Shown here: piece after piece, positions 30,874-40,737 of the stretch
Layout: each line of letters begins with the position of its first letter
Position numbering within the stretch: the stretch's first letter is position 1
Notes under the pieces: generated by a model
Databases searched by the model: none
Told to the model about the DNA's origin: nothing
What the model saw: only the letters and a program-made list of their open reading frames with translations
Assembly: GCA_963845515.1 (NCBI GenBank)
Contig: CAWJSR010000020.1
Span: 103,065-167,064 of the forward strand
DNA: 64,000 nt
Direction: 5' to 3'
Origin: an uncultured delta proteobacterium
Lineage (GTDB): Bacteria > Myxococcota > Myxococcia > Myxococcales > Anaeromyxobacteraceae
Translations under genes and position numbers: made by a program

Positions 30874-32790
30874 TCAGCGGTAGTACGCGAGCGCCGCGGA
30901 GACGCGCCGCTCGGGCCGCTCGGCTCCGGGAAACTGCCTCGTCCTGTCGTCCAGGGCGTTCGCCACCGCGAGCGACAGGTCGAGGCCGCTGTGGAAGGCG
31001 TAGCCGGCGCGCGCGTGGGCCATGACGTAGCTCCCCAGCTTCGTCTCCCGGAAGACGGGGTCGAACGGAGGGTCTGCGAGCCGGGCGATCACCGATGGAC
31101 CGACGTACTGCGCGTCGACGGCGGCGTACGCTCCCGCGGGGAAGTCGAAGCGCGCGCCTGCGCTGAGCTTGTGGCGCGGCGAGGCGCGCGGGTCGATGTC
31201 GTACGGATAGACGTTCGCCCCCGGACCGGCGAGGGCGTAGCTCGCGTAGGCCGTGCACGTCCGCCGCACCGACAGATCGAGCCCGACCTCGCCGCCCCAC
31301 GCCGTGAACTGCGAGTTGTTGCCCCAGGGAACGCCGCCGGTGGCGGCGAGGTTCGCGGGGTCCAGGCTCATCCAGTCGGTGAATCGGTAGACGTACGCGT
31401 TGGCGAAGGCCCGCAGCGACGTCGTCAGCGCCCCAGCCCATCCCAGCTCGCCGTAGAGCACGTGCTCCGGCGCGAGGGCGCGGTTCCCGATCACGGGGAG
31501 CGAGGCGTAGGAGAAGTCGGCGAAGTAGTGGACGTGGTGCGGGTTGTTGTAGCCGGTGTTGAAGGCCGCGCGGAGCTGGTGTCCCTCCACCGGGGACCAG
31601 ACGACCGAGACGCGCGGCGAGACGTTGACCCGGCCGAGCGTCGCGCGATCCACGCGGAGGCCGGTCGTGAGGCGCCAACGCCCCAGCAGGAGCTCGGTGC
31701 TCGCGAACCCCGCGACGTTCCAGAGGTCGCGCTCGGCAGAGGTGATGTTCGAGTCGAGCGTGTTCAGCCGCACCTCGCCGCCCCAGCGTCCCTGCAGCGG
31801 CACGCCGCCGATGGTGGTCCGGAGCTCGTGGTGGAGCTGGGCATACGGCGTCTGGAAGGTCGCCTCGAAGTCGCCGGTGCCCATCGGGAAGGTGGCCGAG
31901 CGGATGCGTCCTGTGTTCCACACCAGGTCGAGGTTCAGGTCGCCGTTGGGTGATCCCGGCCCTCCAAGCCCCATTCGCCCGCGGGCGCGGAGGTAGCCCA
32001 GCGTCGCGCCGAACCTCTCGATGACGTCACCGAGCGGGATCATGTCGACGTCGCCGCGAATGGCCCCCAGCTCCAGCGACGCCTCCCGGCTGGCGCTCGG
32101 GCTGTACGAGGCGGACAGGGTGCCGCCCCCGGCCGCCGCCGGCGAGCTCCCGGACGGCTGGTAGAGCGTCAGGCTGCGCGCGGTGCCGGTGGCCCGGAAC
32201 CGCCAGGGGCCGGAGATCGCGCCGTACCGCGCCGCCACGCGGCCGTCGGCCGGGACCCCGGCGTCCACCCGCGCCTCCGCGAACGGATAGTCCGCAGCGG
32301 AGCGGGTGATGACGTTGATGGTCCCGAGCATCGCCTTGTTCCCGTAGACCGACGCGCCAGGTCCCAGGACGATCTCGATCCGTTCGATGTCGAGGAGCGA
32401 GACGGGCAGCATCTCCCAGCTCGTCCCGCCGAAGAAGTCGATGTAGGCGCTGCGCCCGTCGACGAGCACCAGCACCCGGTCGGAGACCTCGTACGCGAAG
32501 CCCCGGGGCCCGAGCTGGCCGTCTGTCGCCGAGATGAGCCTGACGTCGAGCCCCGGGACGCGGCGCAGGATCTCCGGCAGCGATGGGGCGCCGCTGCGGC
32601 GGATCTCGTCGCCGGTGACGACGAAGGTGGTCGACGGCGACTCGGAGACGCGGGAGGCCTGCCCCGTCGGGGTGACCACCAGGGGGTCCCAGAACTCGGC
32701 CGGCGGCGCGGCTGCAGGCTGGGCCGCGACGGCGCCGGCCCAGAGCGCGGTCGCTGCGACCCAGAGCGGCGACGAGAATGGACGCGGCAT
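30874..32790 (-). CDS. TonB-dependent receptor
   Basis: Signal peptide; plug motifs VVTGDEIRRSGA.SLPEILRRVPGL, VLVLVDGRS, IERIEIVLGPGASVYG; C-terminal NALD... Confidence 0.92.
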   Translation of the reverse strand: MPRPFSSPLWVAATALWAGAVAAQPAAAPPAEFWDPLVVTPTGQASRVSESPSTTFVVTGDEIRRSGAPSLPEILRRVPGLDVRLISATDGQLGPRGFAYEVSDRVLVLVDGRSAYIDFFGGTSWEMLPVSLLDIERIEIVLGPGASVYGNKAMLGTINVITRSAADYPFAEARVDAGVPADGRVAARYGAISGPWRFRATGTARSLTLYQPSGSSPAAAGGGTLSASYSPSASREASLELGAIRGDVDMIPLGDVIERFGATLGYLRARGRMGLGGPGSPNGDLNLDLVWNTGRIRSATFPMGTGDFEATFQTPYAQLHHELRTTIGGVPLQGRWGGEVRLNTLDSNITSAERDLWNVAGFASTELLLGRWRLTTGLRVDRATLGRVNVSPRVSVVWSPVEGHQLRAAFNTGYNNPHHVHYFADFSYASLPVIGNRALAPEHVLYGELGWAGALTTSLRAFANAYVYRFTDWMSLDPANLAATGGVPWGNNSQFTAWGGEVGLDLSVRRTCTAYASYALAGPGANVYPYDIDPRASPRHKLSAGARFDFPAGAYAAVDAQYVGPSVIARLADPPFDPVFRETKLGSYVMAHARAGYAFHSGLDLSLAVANALDDRTRQFPGAERPERRVSAALAYYR

Positions 32791-32863
32791 GATCCTCCCC
32801 CCCGGTGCAAGAATCGTGGCGCCGATTGTACGCCGTTCAAGGGCACCTTTGGCCGAGCTGGCC

Positions 32864-32898
32864 CCACACGCACCACACCGGGCGGTGTGGCGCCACAC
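32864..32898. promoter_or_regulatory. Cluster of four CCACAC half-sites (putative regulator binding site)
   Basis: CCACAC at 32864, 32873, 32893 and GTGTGG at 32885; palindrome CCACACCG-gg-CGGTGTGG 32873-32890. Confidence 0.5.
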
Positions 32899-32991
32899 GG
32901 TGCCGGTGGGTGAACCGCGCCGACCCGGGTGGCGAAGGGTGCGAGTTTCCACGGGATCGAGCGGGGCACGCCCGGTGCTTTGCATGGAGGC

Positions 32992-33576
32992 ATGAACGGA
33001 ACAGGAACGAGCCTCGCGGACCTCGAGCTTCGCGTTCGCCACACGGTTTCCATGGGTCACTCGGACGCAGCGGCGACTTCGGTCATCGAGGCGCTGGGAC
33101 CCGGCGTGCTCCGTTACCTCTGCACGATGCTCCCGGAGGACGACGCGTGTGACGCCTTCTCCGACTTCCAGCAGTGCATCTGGCGCGGCCTGCCCGGGTT
33201 CCGCTGGGAGTGTCCGCTCCGAGCCTGGGCGTACAGGCTGGCATGGCACTCGGCGGTCCGGTGCATGCGCGACGCCTACCGCCGGAGGCGGGAGCCGCTG
33301 TCGCCCGACCTGGCCGCGAGCCTGCCAGCTCCCGGGACCTCGGTGGCGTGGCTGGAGGGGCGGCGCGAGCAGCTCGAACGGCTGCGCGACGAGCTGCCCT
33401 GCGAGGACCGGACGCTGCTGACCCTGCGGCTCGGACGCAACCTGCCATGGGACGAGGTGGCGGCGGCCTTCGCCGCGGATGGCGAGCGGATCTCCGCCGC
33501 CGCGCTCCGCAAGCGGTTCGAGCGGTTGAAGGAGAGGCTCACGGGGCTGGCCCGTGAGCGCGGGCTCGTCGCCTGA
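32992..33576 (+). CDS. ECF-type sigma-70 factor
   Basis: RBS GGAGG; region 2 IWRGLPGFRWECPLRAWAYRLA; region 4 LPCEDRTLLTLR...WDEVA...ALRKRFERLK. Confidence 0.85.
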   Translation: MNGTGTSLADLELRVRHTVSMGHSDAAATSVIEALGPGVLRYLCTMLPEDDACDAFSDFQQCIWRGLPGFRWECPLRAWAYRLAWHSAVRCMRDAYRRRREPLSPDLAASLPAPGTSVAWLEGRREQLERLRDELPCEDRTLLTLRLGRNLPWDEVAAAFAADGERISAAALRKRFERLKERLTGLARERGLVA

Positions 33577-33604
33577 GCGCTGCGCCAGGTGGGGCGCGGT
33601 GGCG

Positions 33605-34249
33605 CTACATCCCGACGAAGAGCATCCCCTTCTCGAGGATGACTGCGCCGAAGGCGATCAGGATCAGCCCGGAGACCCAGCGGACGGCGACCGGGTGGCT
33701 CGCGACCGCGCGGACGCGCTGGCGGAGCGCCTGCGAGCCGTAGCCGACGGCGAGCATCGGGACGGCGAAGCCGAGCGAGTAGACGAAGAGGAGCAGCACG
33801 CCGGCGGAGAGCGTCCCCTCGGTCGCCACCATCCCCAGGACGCTCGAGAGCATCGGTCCGACGCAGGGGATCCAGACCACCCCCAGGCTGGCGCCGAGCA
33901 GCAGGCCGGACCAGCGGCCGCCGCCCCGCACCTGGATGCCCTGGAGCCACGTGAGCCGCTTGAAGAGGTTCACGTCGGCGAGCATGAGCAGGCCGAAGAC
34001 GATGACCAGCGCCCCCGTCGCCTTCTCCAGATACGGGAGGGCGGGGCCGATGGCGCCTCCGAAGAGGCTGCTCGCCACCCCCATCGCGATGAAGGCGAGG
34101 GCGATCCCGGCGACGATGAAGGCCGGGCGCGTGCGGTGCTCGTCGGGCCTCCCTGCGACGATGATCGGGAGGACGGGCAGGACGCATGGGCTCGCCACGC
34201 TGGCGAGCCCGGCGCCGAAGGAGAGCGCGAGGGTGGAGAGGGCGATCAC
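33605..34249 (-). CDS. ccdA: Cytochrome c biogenesis/disulfide-exchange protein CcdA
   Basis: ASPCVLPVLP and WIPCVGPMLS motifs, multi-TM. Confidence 0.9.
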   Translation of the reverse strand: MIALSTLALSFGAGLASVASPCVLPVLPIIVAGRPDEHRTRPAFIVAGIALAFIAMGVASSLFGGAIGPALPYLEKATGALVIVFGLLMLADVNLFKRLTWLQGIQVRGGGRWSGLLLGASLGVVWIPCVGPMLSSVLGMVATEGTLSAGVLLLFVYSLGFAVPMLAVGYGSQALRQRVRAVASHPVAVRWVSGLILIAFGAVILEKGMLFVGM

Positions 34250-34256
34250 TCGCGGC

Positions 34257-34652
34257 CTACGGCTGCAGGAGCTTCAGCACCTGGGGCATCGCCTGGATCC
34301 CGGGGGTGGCGCGGCGGAGCTCGCGCCCCTGCGCGTCCGTGACGATCAGCGTCGGCAGCGCGCGGATGCCGAACTCGCGGAACCTCGCGATGTCGGCCGG
34401 CTCCGTCGTCTTGTAGTAGACGACCTGGGCCCGCTCGGTCAGCTCCGCCCCCATCTCGCGGAGGATGCGATCCTGCATCTGGCAGGGCATCCCGGCCGGG
34501 TTCATGAAGAAGACGAGGCGGGGCAGGGGGGCGCGAGCCTGCTGGGAATGGCTCGGGGCGGTGGGCCGTGCGGCGGGCTCCGCCGCGTTGGCCCGCGGGC
34601 CGAGCGAGGCGGCGGCGAGCAGGAGGAGGGCTGCGGGGCGAACGAGCTTCAT
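34257..34652 (-). CDS. Exported thioredoxin-fold protein (single Cys)
   Basis: Signal peptide; LVFFMNPAGMPCQMQ; FGIRALPTLIV cis-Pro motif; upstream of ccdA. Confidence 0.75.
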   Translation of the reverse strand: MKLVRPAALLLLAAASLGPRANAAEPAARPTAPSHSQQARAPLPRLVFFMNPAGMPCQMQDRILREMGAELTERAQVVYYKTTEPADIARFREFGIRALPTLIVTDAQGRELRRATPGIQAMPQVLKLLQP

Positions 34653-34725
34653 GCGGGGGCTCCCGACCGAGACCATCGTTGGCCCGGTGGGAGCCGGACA
34701 GCGCCGGAAGGATTCGCCTCCGGGG

Positions 34726-35448
34726 CTAGACGAGGTTGTGGAACACGCGCTGGACGTCCTCGTCCTGCTCCAGCGCGTCCACCAGCTCGAGGACCTCCTT
34801 CGCCTGGTCCTCCGGAAGCTCCACCGTGGTCTGGGCGACGTACTCCGACTCGGCCGAGATGAGCGGCAGCTTCCGCTGCTCGATGGCGGCCTGGAGCTGG
34901 CCGAAGCTCTCGAAGGCGCAGCGGATCACCACCTGCTTCTCGCCCTTCTCGCCGGTCCCCTCGCCCAGCTCCTCCAGCCCGTGGTCGATGAGGTCGAGCT
35001 CCAGCGCGTCCTGGTCGACGCCCTCCGGCGACAGCCGGAAGACCCCCATCTTCTTGAACTGGAAGGCGACGCTCCCGACGTTGCCCATGTTCCCGCCGTG
35101 GTTCTTGAAGGTGACCCGGACGTTGGCGACGGTGCGGACCACGTTGTCGGTCGCCGTCTCGACGATGACCGCCACGCCGTGGGGTGCGTACCCCTCGTAG
35201 AGCACGACCTCGAAGGCCTGCTGGTCCTGGCCGCTGGCGCGCTTGATCGCCCCCTCGACCTTGTCCTTCGGCATGTTCGCGCCGCGGGCGTTCTGGATCG
35301 CGCGCCGGAGGGCTGCGTTCATGTCCGGGTTCGGGCCGCCGGCCTTCACCGCGATGGCGATGTCCTTGGCGATGCGCGTGAACGTCTTCGCCATCTTGTT
35401 CCAGCGCGCGAACATCGTGGCCTTGCGGGTCTCGAAGATGCGTCCCAT
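34726..35448 (-). CDS. yebC: YebC/PmpR family protein
   Basis: [46 protein letters not shown]. Confidence 0.95.
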   Translation of the reverse strand: MGRIFETRKATMFARWNKMAKTFTRIAKDIAIAVKAGGPNPDMNAALRRAIQNARGANMPKDKVEGAIKRASGQDQQAFEVVLYEGYAPHGVAVIVETATDNVVRTVANVRVTFKNHGGNMGNVGSVAFQFKKMGVFRLSPEGVDQDALELDLIDHGLEELGEGTGEKGEKQVVIRCAFESFGQLQAAIEQRKLPLISAESEYVAQTTVELPEDQAKEVLELVDALEQDEDVQRVFHNLV

Positions 35449-35611
35449 TGCGTTCCTCTCGCGGCGGTGAACCGGGCGTCCCGACGGGGTATTTCCCGGG
35501 ACGGCCGGATATCGCACCGACCGGCCCCGCGCAAGGGTGTCGGGAGCGCGCGGTATCGGGCCGGCGCGGAGCGCAGCAGGTGATGGTCACTCACCCCGCG
35601 GACGGGCGGCC

Positions 35612-36214
35612 CTAAGGCGCGCCCGGCCCGTACTCCTCGGAGCCCGGCTCGTGCGGGTAGGCGACCGGCTCCTGCTTGCGCAGGAACTCCTCCGTCGCCG
35701 CCTTGAGCTGCTTGGGCGTCAGCTTCGCCTTGCGCGTCGCGACGCCCCAGGGGATGCCGAAGGGATCCACGACGCCGCCCATGCGGTCGCCCCAGAACAT
35801 GTCGGCGGCGGGCATGGTGATCTTCGCCCCAGCCTCGACGGCCCGGGCCATCGCCTCGTCGCAGTCCTTCACGTAGAGGTGCAGGATGCTCGTGGCCGGC
35901 CGCTCCTCCGACGGCGCCTTGACCGGGTTCATCGGCGACTCGTCGTTCATGAAGATGACGGAGTCGCCGATCCTGAGCTCGGCGTGCCAGGTCCCCTTGC
36001 CGTCCGGGGACTGCATCCGGCTCAGCACCTTCGCGCCGAACGCCTTCTCGTAGAAGGCGATCGCCGCGGTGGAGTCCCTGAAGACCAGGTTGACGGTGAG
36101 TGTGTGGAGGTACTCCGGGATCGGCGTGACCCGCTTCGGTGCCTTCGCCCTCGCGCGCGCCTTCTGGCGGGTCGCGCTCCGCTTCGGTGCCGCCTTCTTC
36201 GTCTTCCTGGCCAT
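35612..36214 (-). CDS. VOC/glyoxalase (PhnB-like) protein with basic N-terminal extension
   Basis: AIAFYEKAFGA, HAELRIGDS, DMFWGDRMGGVVDPFG. Confidence 0.9.
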   Translation of the reverse strand: MARKTKKAAPKRSATRQKARARAKAPKRVTPIPEYLHTLTVNLVFRDSTAAIAFYEKAFGAKVLSRMQSPDGKGTWHAELRIGDSVIFMNDESPMNPVKAPSEERPATSILHLYVKDCDEAMARAVEAGAKITMPAADMFWGDRMGGVVDPFGIPWGVATRKAKLTPKQLKAATEEFLRKQEPVAYPHEPGSEEYGPGAP

Positions 36215-36301
36215 GGTGAGCTCCTCCTGGATTGAGTCGAAACGGCAACACGATTGGTGACGGCTAGCCAGAGGGCTCCCCATGAGGGTATTGAAGCCCA
36301 C

Positions 36302-37923
36302 ATGTCGGATCGCCGCAGCGCCGGGGAACCGGACCGGGAGCCCGAGGTCACCGCCCCCGACATAGCCGCCGCCCTGGCGGTTCTCACGCGCGTCGCCGAG
36401 GATCGTGGGCTGCTCGCCAGCGTCGACGCGGCCACCCGGGAGGCGCTGCAGCGGGTGGCAGGCGAGGTGGCGCGGCCCGGCGAGGACCAGCGGCGCAGGC
36501 TCCGTAAGGCGCTCCTCCGGGCGGAGCGCGGGGCGCGCAAGGCGCGGGATGGCGAGCTCCGGAAGGGGACCGGGATCCAGCAAGGTAGGCAGGCGCCGGT
36601 CTTCGTCACGCCGCTGCCGGAGCTGCCGGCGCCGGGGACGGATGCGTCGGGCTGGAGGCCCATCCCTGATGCCCCCTCACCCCACCCTCTCCCCCGGTGG
36701 GGGAGAGGGGAGTGTCGGAGGGTGAACCCGAGCTCTCAGAGCCCCGCAAGTGCTACGTCTGCAAGGCGCCGTACACCCGGCTCCACCCCTTCTACGACCA
36801 GCTGTGCCCTGCCTGCGGCGACCAGAACCACGCGCGGCGGACGGCCGCCGTCGACCTGCGTGGGCGCGTGGCGCTCGTCACCGGGGCCCGGGTGAAGATC
36901 GGCTATCAGGCGGCCATCCTGCTGCTCCGCGCAGGCTGCAACGTCGTCGCCTGCACGCGCTTCCCGCGCGACGCGGCCGCCAGGTACGCGCGCGAGCCGG
37001 ACTTCGCGAGCTGGAGCGACCGGCTCACGATCCACGGCATCGACCTTCGGCACACCCCGAGCGTGGAGCTGCTCTGCCAGCGGCTTGACGCCACGCTCCC
37101 CCGGCTCGACTTCCAGATCCACAACGCCTGCCAGACGGTGCGGCGCCCGCCGGGCTTCTACGCCCACCTGCTGGAGGCGGAGGCGCTTCCGCTCTCGGCG
37201 CTGCCGGACGAGCAGCGTGGGCTGCTGCGGGACTACGAGGAGCTGAGGGCAGCGCTCGACGCGCGGCGCGCCGCTGGCGTCGCGAACCCGGCGCTCCTCT
37301 CCCAGGCCGGGTCGGAGGCCGATCTGCTCCTGCCCGGGAGGAGCGCGCTCGACCTCTTCCCGAGAGGCGTGCTCGACCAGGACCTGCAGCAGGTGGATCT
37401 CCGCACGCACAACTCCTGGCGCCTCGCGCTCCACGAGGTCCCGACGCTCGAGCTGCTCGAGGTGCTGCTGGTCAACGCGACCGCGCCGTTCGTGATGACC
37501 GCGAGGCTCAAGCCGCTCATGCTCCGGGCCCGGAGCGCCCCCATCGGAACGGCGACGAGCGGCGACCCGGCGAAGCACGTGGTCCTCGTCTCTGCGATGG
37601 AGGGGCAGTTCTACAGGGAGCACAAGACCGACAAGCACCCGCACACCAACATGGCCAAGGCGGCGCTCAACATGATCGTGCGGACGAGCGCGCCGGACTA
37701 CGCGCGGGACGCCATCTTCCTGAACGCGGTCGACACCGGCTGGGTCACCGACGAGGACCCGGCCCACCTGGCGGAGCGGAAGGTGGAGGAGCACGCCTTC
37801 TCGCCGCCGCTGGACATCGTGGACGGCGCGGCGCGGATCGTGGCGCCGATCATGGACGGCTTCCGGAGCGGGAAGCACCCGGCCGGTCTCTTCTTCAAGG
37901 ATTACCTGCCTACCCCCTGGTGA
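36302..37923 (+). CDS. SDR-family oxidoreductase with zinc-ribbon N-terminus; frameshift near 36660-36700
   Basis: CYVCK...LCPACG, ALVTGARVKIG, HPHTNMAKAALNM, NAVDTGWV; N-terminal part in frame 36254-36895. Confidence 0.85.
36672..36709 (+). repeat. REP-like palindromic repeat, copy 1 (inside the SDR gene)
   Basis: CCCCCTCACCCCACCCTCTCCCCCGGTGGGGGAGAGGG; 36/38 identical to the reverse complement of 54228-54265. Confidence 0.85.
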
Positions 37924-38001
37924 GGTGGGGACCCCGAAGGCCGCGCCCCAGACTGGCACCCTGGGAGCAGCGTCGTTATTCGAGTCCAACGGGAGACTCG
38001 A

Positions 38002-39819
38002 ATGAGCGCGGTGGAGGTCAACGTTGGGTTCGGCGGCGCCGCCGGCGACGGTCAGGCGGCCATGGCCGACGCCCTGGCGCTGGTGGTGGCCCGGAGCGGG
38101 CTCCACCTGTACGCCTACAACAGCTATCAGTCGGTGATCCGCGGCGGCCACGTGTGGCTGCGCATCCGGATCTCCCAGGAGGAGGTCGAGACCCACGGCG
38201 ATCGGCTGGACGCCGTCGTCGCGCTCGACCAGGAGGCGGTCAAGCGACACGCCGCCGAGCTCGCCGACGGAGGTGTCGTCCTCTTCAACTCGGACCGCGT
38301 GAAGGCGGAGGGGCTGCCCCCTGGCCGGACCGCCCTCCCGTTCCCGGTGAAGGCGCTCACCGCCACCCTCGGGCCGCAGCTCGCGGTCCAGCAGAACACG
38401 GTCCTCCTCGGCGGGCTGACGCACCTGCTCGGCCTCCCGATCGAGCGGCTCGAAGAGGCGCTCGCGAAGCAGTTCGGCGGGAAGGGCGAGGGCGTCGTCA
38501 AGGCGAACGTGGCCCTCGCCCGCGCCGGGTGGGAGCACGCGCGCAAGGAGTTCGCGCCGGCGCCCGTCGCGGGGAAGTGGGCCTTCTCGGAGAAGCGCCG
38601 CGCCGTGATCACGGGGAACGAGGCGTTCGCGATGGGCGCGGTGGCCGCGGGCTGCCGCTTCTACGCCGCCTACCCGATGACGCCCGCCAGCGGGATCCTC
38701 CACTGGCTCGCCCCGCACGCCGAGGCTTGCGGCGTCGTCGTGAAGCAGGCGGAGGACGAGATCGCCGTCGCCAACATGACCATCGGCGCCGGGCACGCCG
38801 GCGCGCGCGCCATGTGCGGCACCAGCGGCGGCGGCTTCGCGCTCATGACCGAGGCGATCGGGATGGCGGGGATGATCGAGGCGCCCGCCGTGTTCGTGCT
38901 GGTGATGCGCGGCGGCCCGTCGACCGGGCTGCCCACCAAGACCGAGCAGGGCGACCTGAGCCAGGCCATCGGCGCGAGCCAGGGAGACTACCCGCGCGTC
39001 ATCCTCGCGCCCGCGGACGTCCATGACTGCTTCCGCACGATGGAGGAGGCGTTCAACCTCGCTGACCGGTACCAGCTTCCGGTCATCGTCGTCTCGGACC
39101 TGCTGCTCTCGGAGCACAACGAGACCGTCGATCCCGAGCGGTTCGACTTCCGGTTCCGGATCGATCGTGGGCCGGTGGTGACCGCGCCGCCGCCCGACGG
39201 CCCGTTCCTCCGGTACCGGATCACCGCTGACGGCGTCTCGCCGCGCGCGCTCCCGGGGACGCCCGGCACCGTCTTCCACGCGCCGACCGACGAGCACGAC
39301 GAGAAGGGGAACATCATCTCGGACGTGTCGACGCATCCGCCGACCCGCCGGCGCATGGTGGACAAGCGGGCGCGCAAGGTGGAGGCGCTGCTGCGCGAGC
39401 TGCCCGCGCCCACGGTCGAAGGGCCGTCGGACGCGCCGCTCACGCTGATCGGCTGGGGCTCGACGAAGGGGGTCATCCGCGAGGCGCGGGGGCTGCTCGA
39501 GGCGCGCGGCCTGAAGACCAACCACCTGCACGTGCGGTACCTGGTGCCGTTCCAGCAGCGGGAGGTGGCGCCGCTGCTCGCGGGCGCCGAGCGGACGCTG
39601 GTCATCGAGAACAGCGCCTCGGCCCAGTTCGCGCGCCACCTGCGCGCGGAGACGGGCCACTCCGCCGACGGGTTGGTGCTCAAGTACGACGGCGAGCCGT
39701 TCACGCCGCGGGAGGTGGCCGACGCGGTCGAGGCCTTCGTCAAGGCCGGCGGCCCGCCCGGCTTCCGCCACGTCTGCGAGACCCCCGACGCGTCGCCGAC
39801 CGCGTTCCCGAGGCAGTGA
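38002..39819 (+). CDS. 2-oxoacid:acceptor oxidoreductase alpha subunit (gamma-alpha fusion)
   Basis: IRGGH, YPMTPAS, QAEDEIA, TSGGGFALM, RGGPSTGLPTKTEQGD. Confidence 0.95.
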   Translation: MSAVEVNVGFGGAAGDGQAAMADALALVVARSGLHLYAYNSYQSVIRGGHVWLRIRISQEEVETHGDRLDAVVALDQEAVKRHAAELADGGVVLFNSDRVKAEGLPPGRTALPFPVKALTATLGPQLAVQQNTVLLGGLTHLLGLPIERLEEALAKQFGGKGEGVVKANVALARAGWEHARKEFAPAPVAGKWAFSEKRRAVITGNEAFAMGAVAAGCRFYAAYPMTPASGILHWLAPHAEACGVVVKQAEDEIAVANMTIGAGHAGARAMCGTSGGGFALMTEAIGMAGMIEAPAVFVLVMRGGPSTGLPTKTEQGDLSQAIGASQGDYPRVILAPADVHDCFRTMEEAFNLADRYQLPVIVVSDLLLSEHNETVDPERFDFRFRIDRGPVVTAPPPDGPFLRYRITADGVSPRALPGTPGTVFHAPTDEHDEKGNIISDVSTHPPTRRRMVDKRARKVEALLRELPAPTVEGPSDAPLTLIGWGSTKGVIREARGLLEARGLKTNHLHVRYLVPFQQREVAPLLAGAERTLVIENSASAQFARHLRAETGHSADGLVLKYDGEPFTPREVADAVEAFVKAGGPPGFRHVCETPDASPTAFPRQ

Positions 39820-39834
39820 GCAGGAGAGGTCACC

Positions 39835-40718
39835 ATGAGCACGCTCCCGACGACGCCGCTGCGGATCGAGGACTTCAAGAGCGAGGTAGAGCCGGACTGG
39901 TGCCCGGGCTGCGGCGACTTCGGCGTGTTGCGGGCCGTGCAGCTGGCCGCGGTCGGGCTCGGCCTCCAGCCGCACGACCTGATGATCGTCTCCGGGATCG
40001 GCTGCTCGTCGAACCTGCCCGGGTTCACCCACTCCTACGGCCTCCACTCGCTGCACGGCCGGGCGATCCCCGTCGCGACCGGGATCAAGCTCGCCAACAC
40101 CGACCTCACCGTCCTCGTCACCGGTGGCGACGGCGACGGGTACGGGATCGGCGCCGGCCACTTCGTCCACGCCGCGCGCCGGAACGTCGATCTCACCTAC
40201 CTCGTGATGGACAACTCGATCTACGGCCTCACGACAGGGCAGGCCTCACCCACGTCGGAGCTGGGGATGAAGACGAGGTCCACGCCAGCCGGGAACGCCG
40301 AGCAGCCGCTGAATCCCCTGGTGCTGGCGCTCGCGGCCGGCGCCTCGTTCGTGGCCCGCGGCTTCTCGGGGATCCGAACCACCTGGCCGAGCTGGTGAAG
40401 CGGGCCATCCGTCACCCCGGCTTCGCCCTCGTCGACGTCTTCTCGCCGTGCGTCACCTACAACAAGGTGAACACCTTCCCGTTCTACAAGCAGCGGACCT
40501 ACAAGCTCGACGAGCAGGAGCACGACGTCACGAACCTCGCGGCGGCGCTGGCGCGCGCGCAGGAGTGGGGCGAGAAGATCCCGCTCGGCGTCCTCTACGC
40601 GGTGCCGCGGCCGACCTACGAGCAGCTGGATCCGGTGCTGAGGACCGGCAACCCCATGAAGCGGCCGCTCGGGTTGACGCAGGAGCAGGGGCGGGCGCTG
40701 CTGGCGGAGCTAGGGTGA
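39835..40718 (+). CDS. 2-oxoacid:ferredoxin oxidoreductase beta subunit; frameshift near 40368
   Basis: WCPGCGDF, GIGCSS, GDGD...DNSIYGLTTGQ TPP motif; SPCVTYNK in the next frame. Confidence 0.92.
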
Positions 40719-40737
40719 CCTCGCGCCGCGGTGGCCG

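Noticed and set aside
37954..37969. Sigma54 promoter before the oxidoreductase operon (TGGCAC-N5-GAGC)
   Set aside because: GG-N10-GC spacing fits but the -12 element is poor; too weak to call
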